NCBI GenBank assembly: GCA_016869045.1
Contig: VGFC01000001.1
Coordinates: 34,518-98,517 of the forward strand
DNA length: 64,000 nt
Source of the DNA: Armatimonadota bacterium
GTDB taxonomy: Bacteria; Armatimonadota; Zipacnadia; Zipacnadales; VGFC01
Direction: 5' to 3'
Made by a program: the position numbers and the translations under genes
Notes under the pieces: generated by a model
Databases searched by the model: none
What the model was told of the DNA's origin: nothing
The model's input: the letters and a program-made list of their open reading frames with translations, nothing else
Shown: piece after piece, positions 63,013-64,000 of the stretch
Position numbering within the stretch: the first letter of the stretch is position 1
Layout of the letters: each line of letters begins with the position of its first letter

Positions 63013-64000
63013 CTATCGGCGCCGTCGGTTCGACCAGCGCTCCACGTCCGCCAGCAGTTCGCGGGCCTCGCGTTCGGAGCCGACCCCGACCTGCAGGTAC
63101 AGTCCCTCCGGCGGCAGATCGGCCAGGAGGTCCTCAATCTCGCCGGCCGAGACGCTGAGGTGCACGGCCTTGCCCGCCTCGATGATCCGCTTCAGCAGGG
63201 ACCGCCACTTGGGGTGGGCTTGCACGTCCTCTCCCGCGCCGGGCACCCACTGGATTCCCCGCAGGTTCGGCATCGTGAGCAACGTGTCCACATGCTGCAG
63301 CGCGCCGGGCCCGTCGAGGTGGTAGACCACGCCATCCAACTGGCTCATCTGCCAGGCGAGGGCGGGGGCGATGAAGTCGTCGAACATGGGCTTCGAGATC
63401 ATGCAGCTGAAGTCGCATTGGGACGTGGTGGTGCGGCCTGAGTGGTACACGCGCAACCAGGTGGAGGTGCCGGGCATGTGGCGGTTCACCATGCCCGTCA
63501 TCTGGTCGTAGACGTCCGCCAGGAGGCGCGCGATCTGGTCGCGGATCTGCTTCATCCGCTCCAGTGGCCCCTCGATGAGGTCGAAGCACAGCCGCTCCGG
63601 CCCGCGGAGCGCGGACATGATGTCCCCGGCCTCCGCGACCTCGCCGACGGCGACGAACCACTTGCCGTCCGCCTGCTCGAGAAAGGCCTCGGTGAGCCGG
63701 AGGGTGATCCGCCACCACTCGTTCTCGGGGTCGATGCGCGGCTCGTAGGTCTCCCAGTCCTGCACGAAGGGCTCATGCCAGACAGTAGTCTCGTGGCAGA
63801 TCGGCTTCGTACCGAGGAAGCCGGCCTGCGCGACCGCTCCGAGGTTGACCCACTCCACCGGGCAGGCTTCGGCAAACCAGGCGGTGTTGCGCACGGAGCG
63901 CTCCATCCGCGGGATCACGTAGTCGGGATTCGTCCAGTAGTTCCACAGGTCCGGCGGCTCGGGGATCGCTTCCCACTCCGCGCCGTCCTTCGTCGCGGTG
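63013..64000 (-). CDS. hypothetical protein, 5' end beyond window
   Basis: Open reverse-strand frame reaches the window edge. The listed Met at 63918 may be internal. Confidence 0.35.
   Translation of the reverse strand, partial: TATKDGAEWEAIPEPPDLWNYWTNPDYVIPRMERSVRNTAWFAEACPVEWVNLGAVAQAGFLGTKPICHETTVWHEPFVQDWETYEPRIDPENEWWRITLRLTEAFLEQADGKWFVAVGEVAEAGDIMSALRGPERLCFDLIEGPLERMKQIRDQIARLLADVYDQMTGMVNRHMPGTSTWLRVYHSGRTTTSQCDFSCMISKPMFDDFIAPALAWQMSQLDGVVYHLDGPGALQHVDTLLTMPNLRGIQWVPGAGEDVQAHPKWRSLLKRIIEAGKAVHLSVSAGEIEDLLADLPPEGLYLQVGVGSEREARELLADVERWSNRRRR

Overview
This is a 64-kb, roughly 68% GC bacterial chromosome segment (many GTG/TTG starts, sharp antisense shadow ORFs), dominated by housekeeping and carbohydrate-utilisation genes. 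Housekeeping genes: rodA, prfA-prmC, tsaC/yrdC, rpmE, sdaA, an M24 peptidase, an aconitase-family protein. Carbohydrate genes: secreted glycoside hydrolases (GH2, GH9-like, two clan GH-A-like), Gfo/Idh/MocA oxidoreductases, a GHMP sugar kinase, a UxaA-like dehydratase, and a sugar ABC transporter with a fused binding-protein/permease ORF. Interleaved accessory content:
1. A GTAG-initiated REP-like palindrome family (14 copies in 6 loci, mostly doublets, one inverted quartet) and a related MITE family. Several copies sit in-frame inside coding genes: prmC, the GH2 gene and a FAD oxidoreductase. One copy supplies the stop codon of a HAD gene.
2. A lower-GC island of about 2.2 kb (33.9-36.0 kb) encoding a protein with a C-terminal TIR-like (COG4271/PF10137-type) domain, followed by an unrecognised, apparently frameshifted partner gene. 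This is the best candidate for an undescribed two-gene defence module.
3. A convergent pair of a motif-permuted N4/N6 DNA methyltransferase and a GIY-YIG nuclease-domain protein (candidate type II R-M system).
4. Two paralogous GxxExxY-family small genes, each bracketed by inverted repeats of a Gly/Lys-codon-like repeat family, plus solo repeat copies. One solo copy marks the left edge of the TIR island.
5. A 3 x 65-bp tandem hairpin repeat, two frameshifted genes, and a decayed DUF433/DUF5615 toxin-antitoxin pair.
All calls are from reading the sequence and the supplied translations. Family names are from memory of conserved motifs, not from searches.
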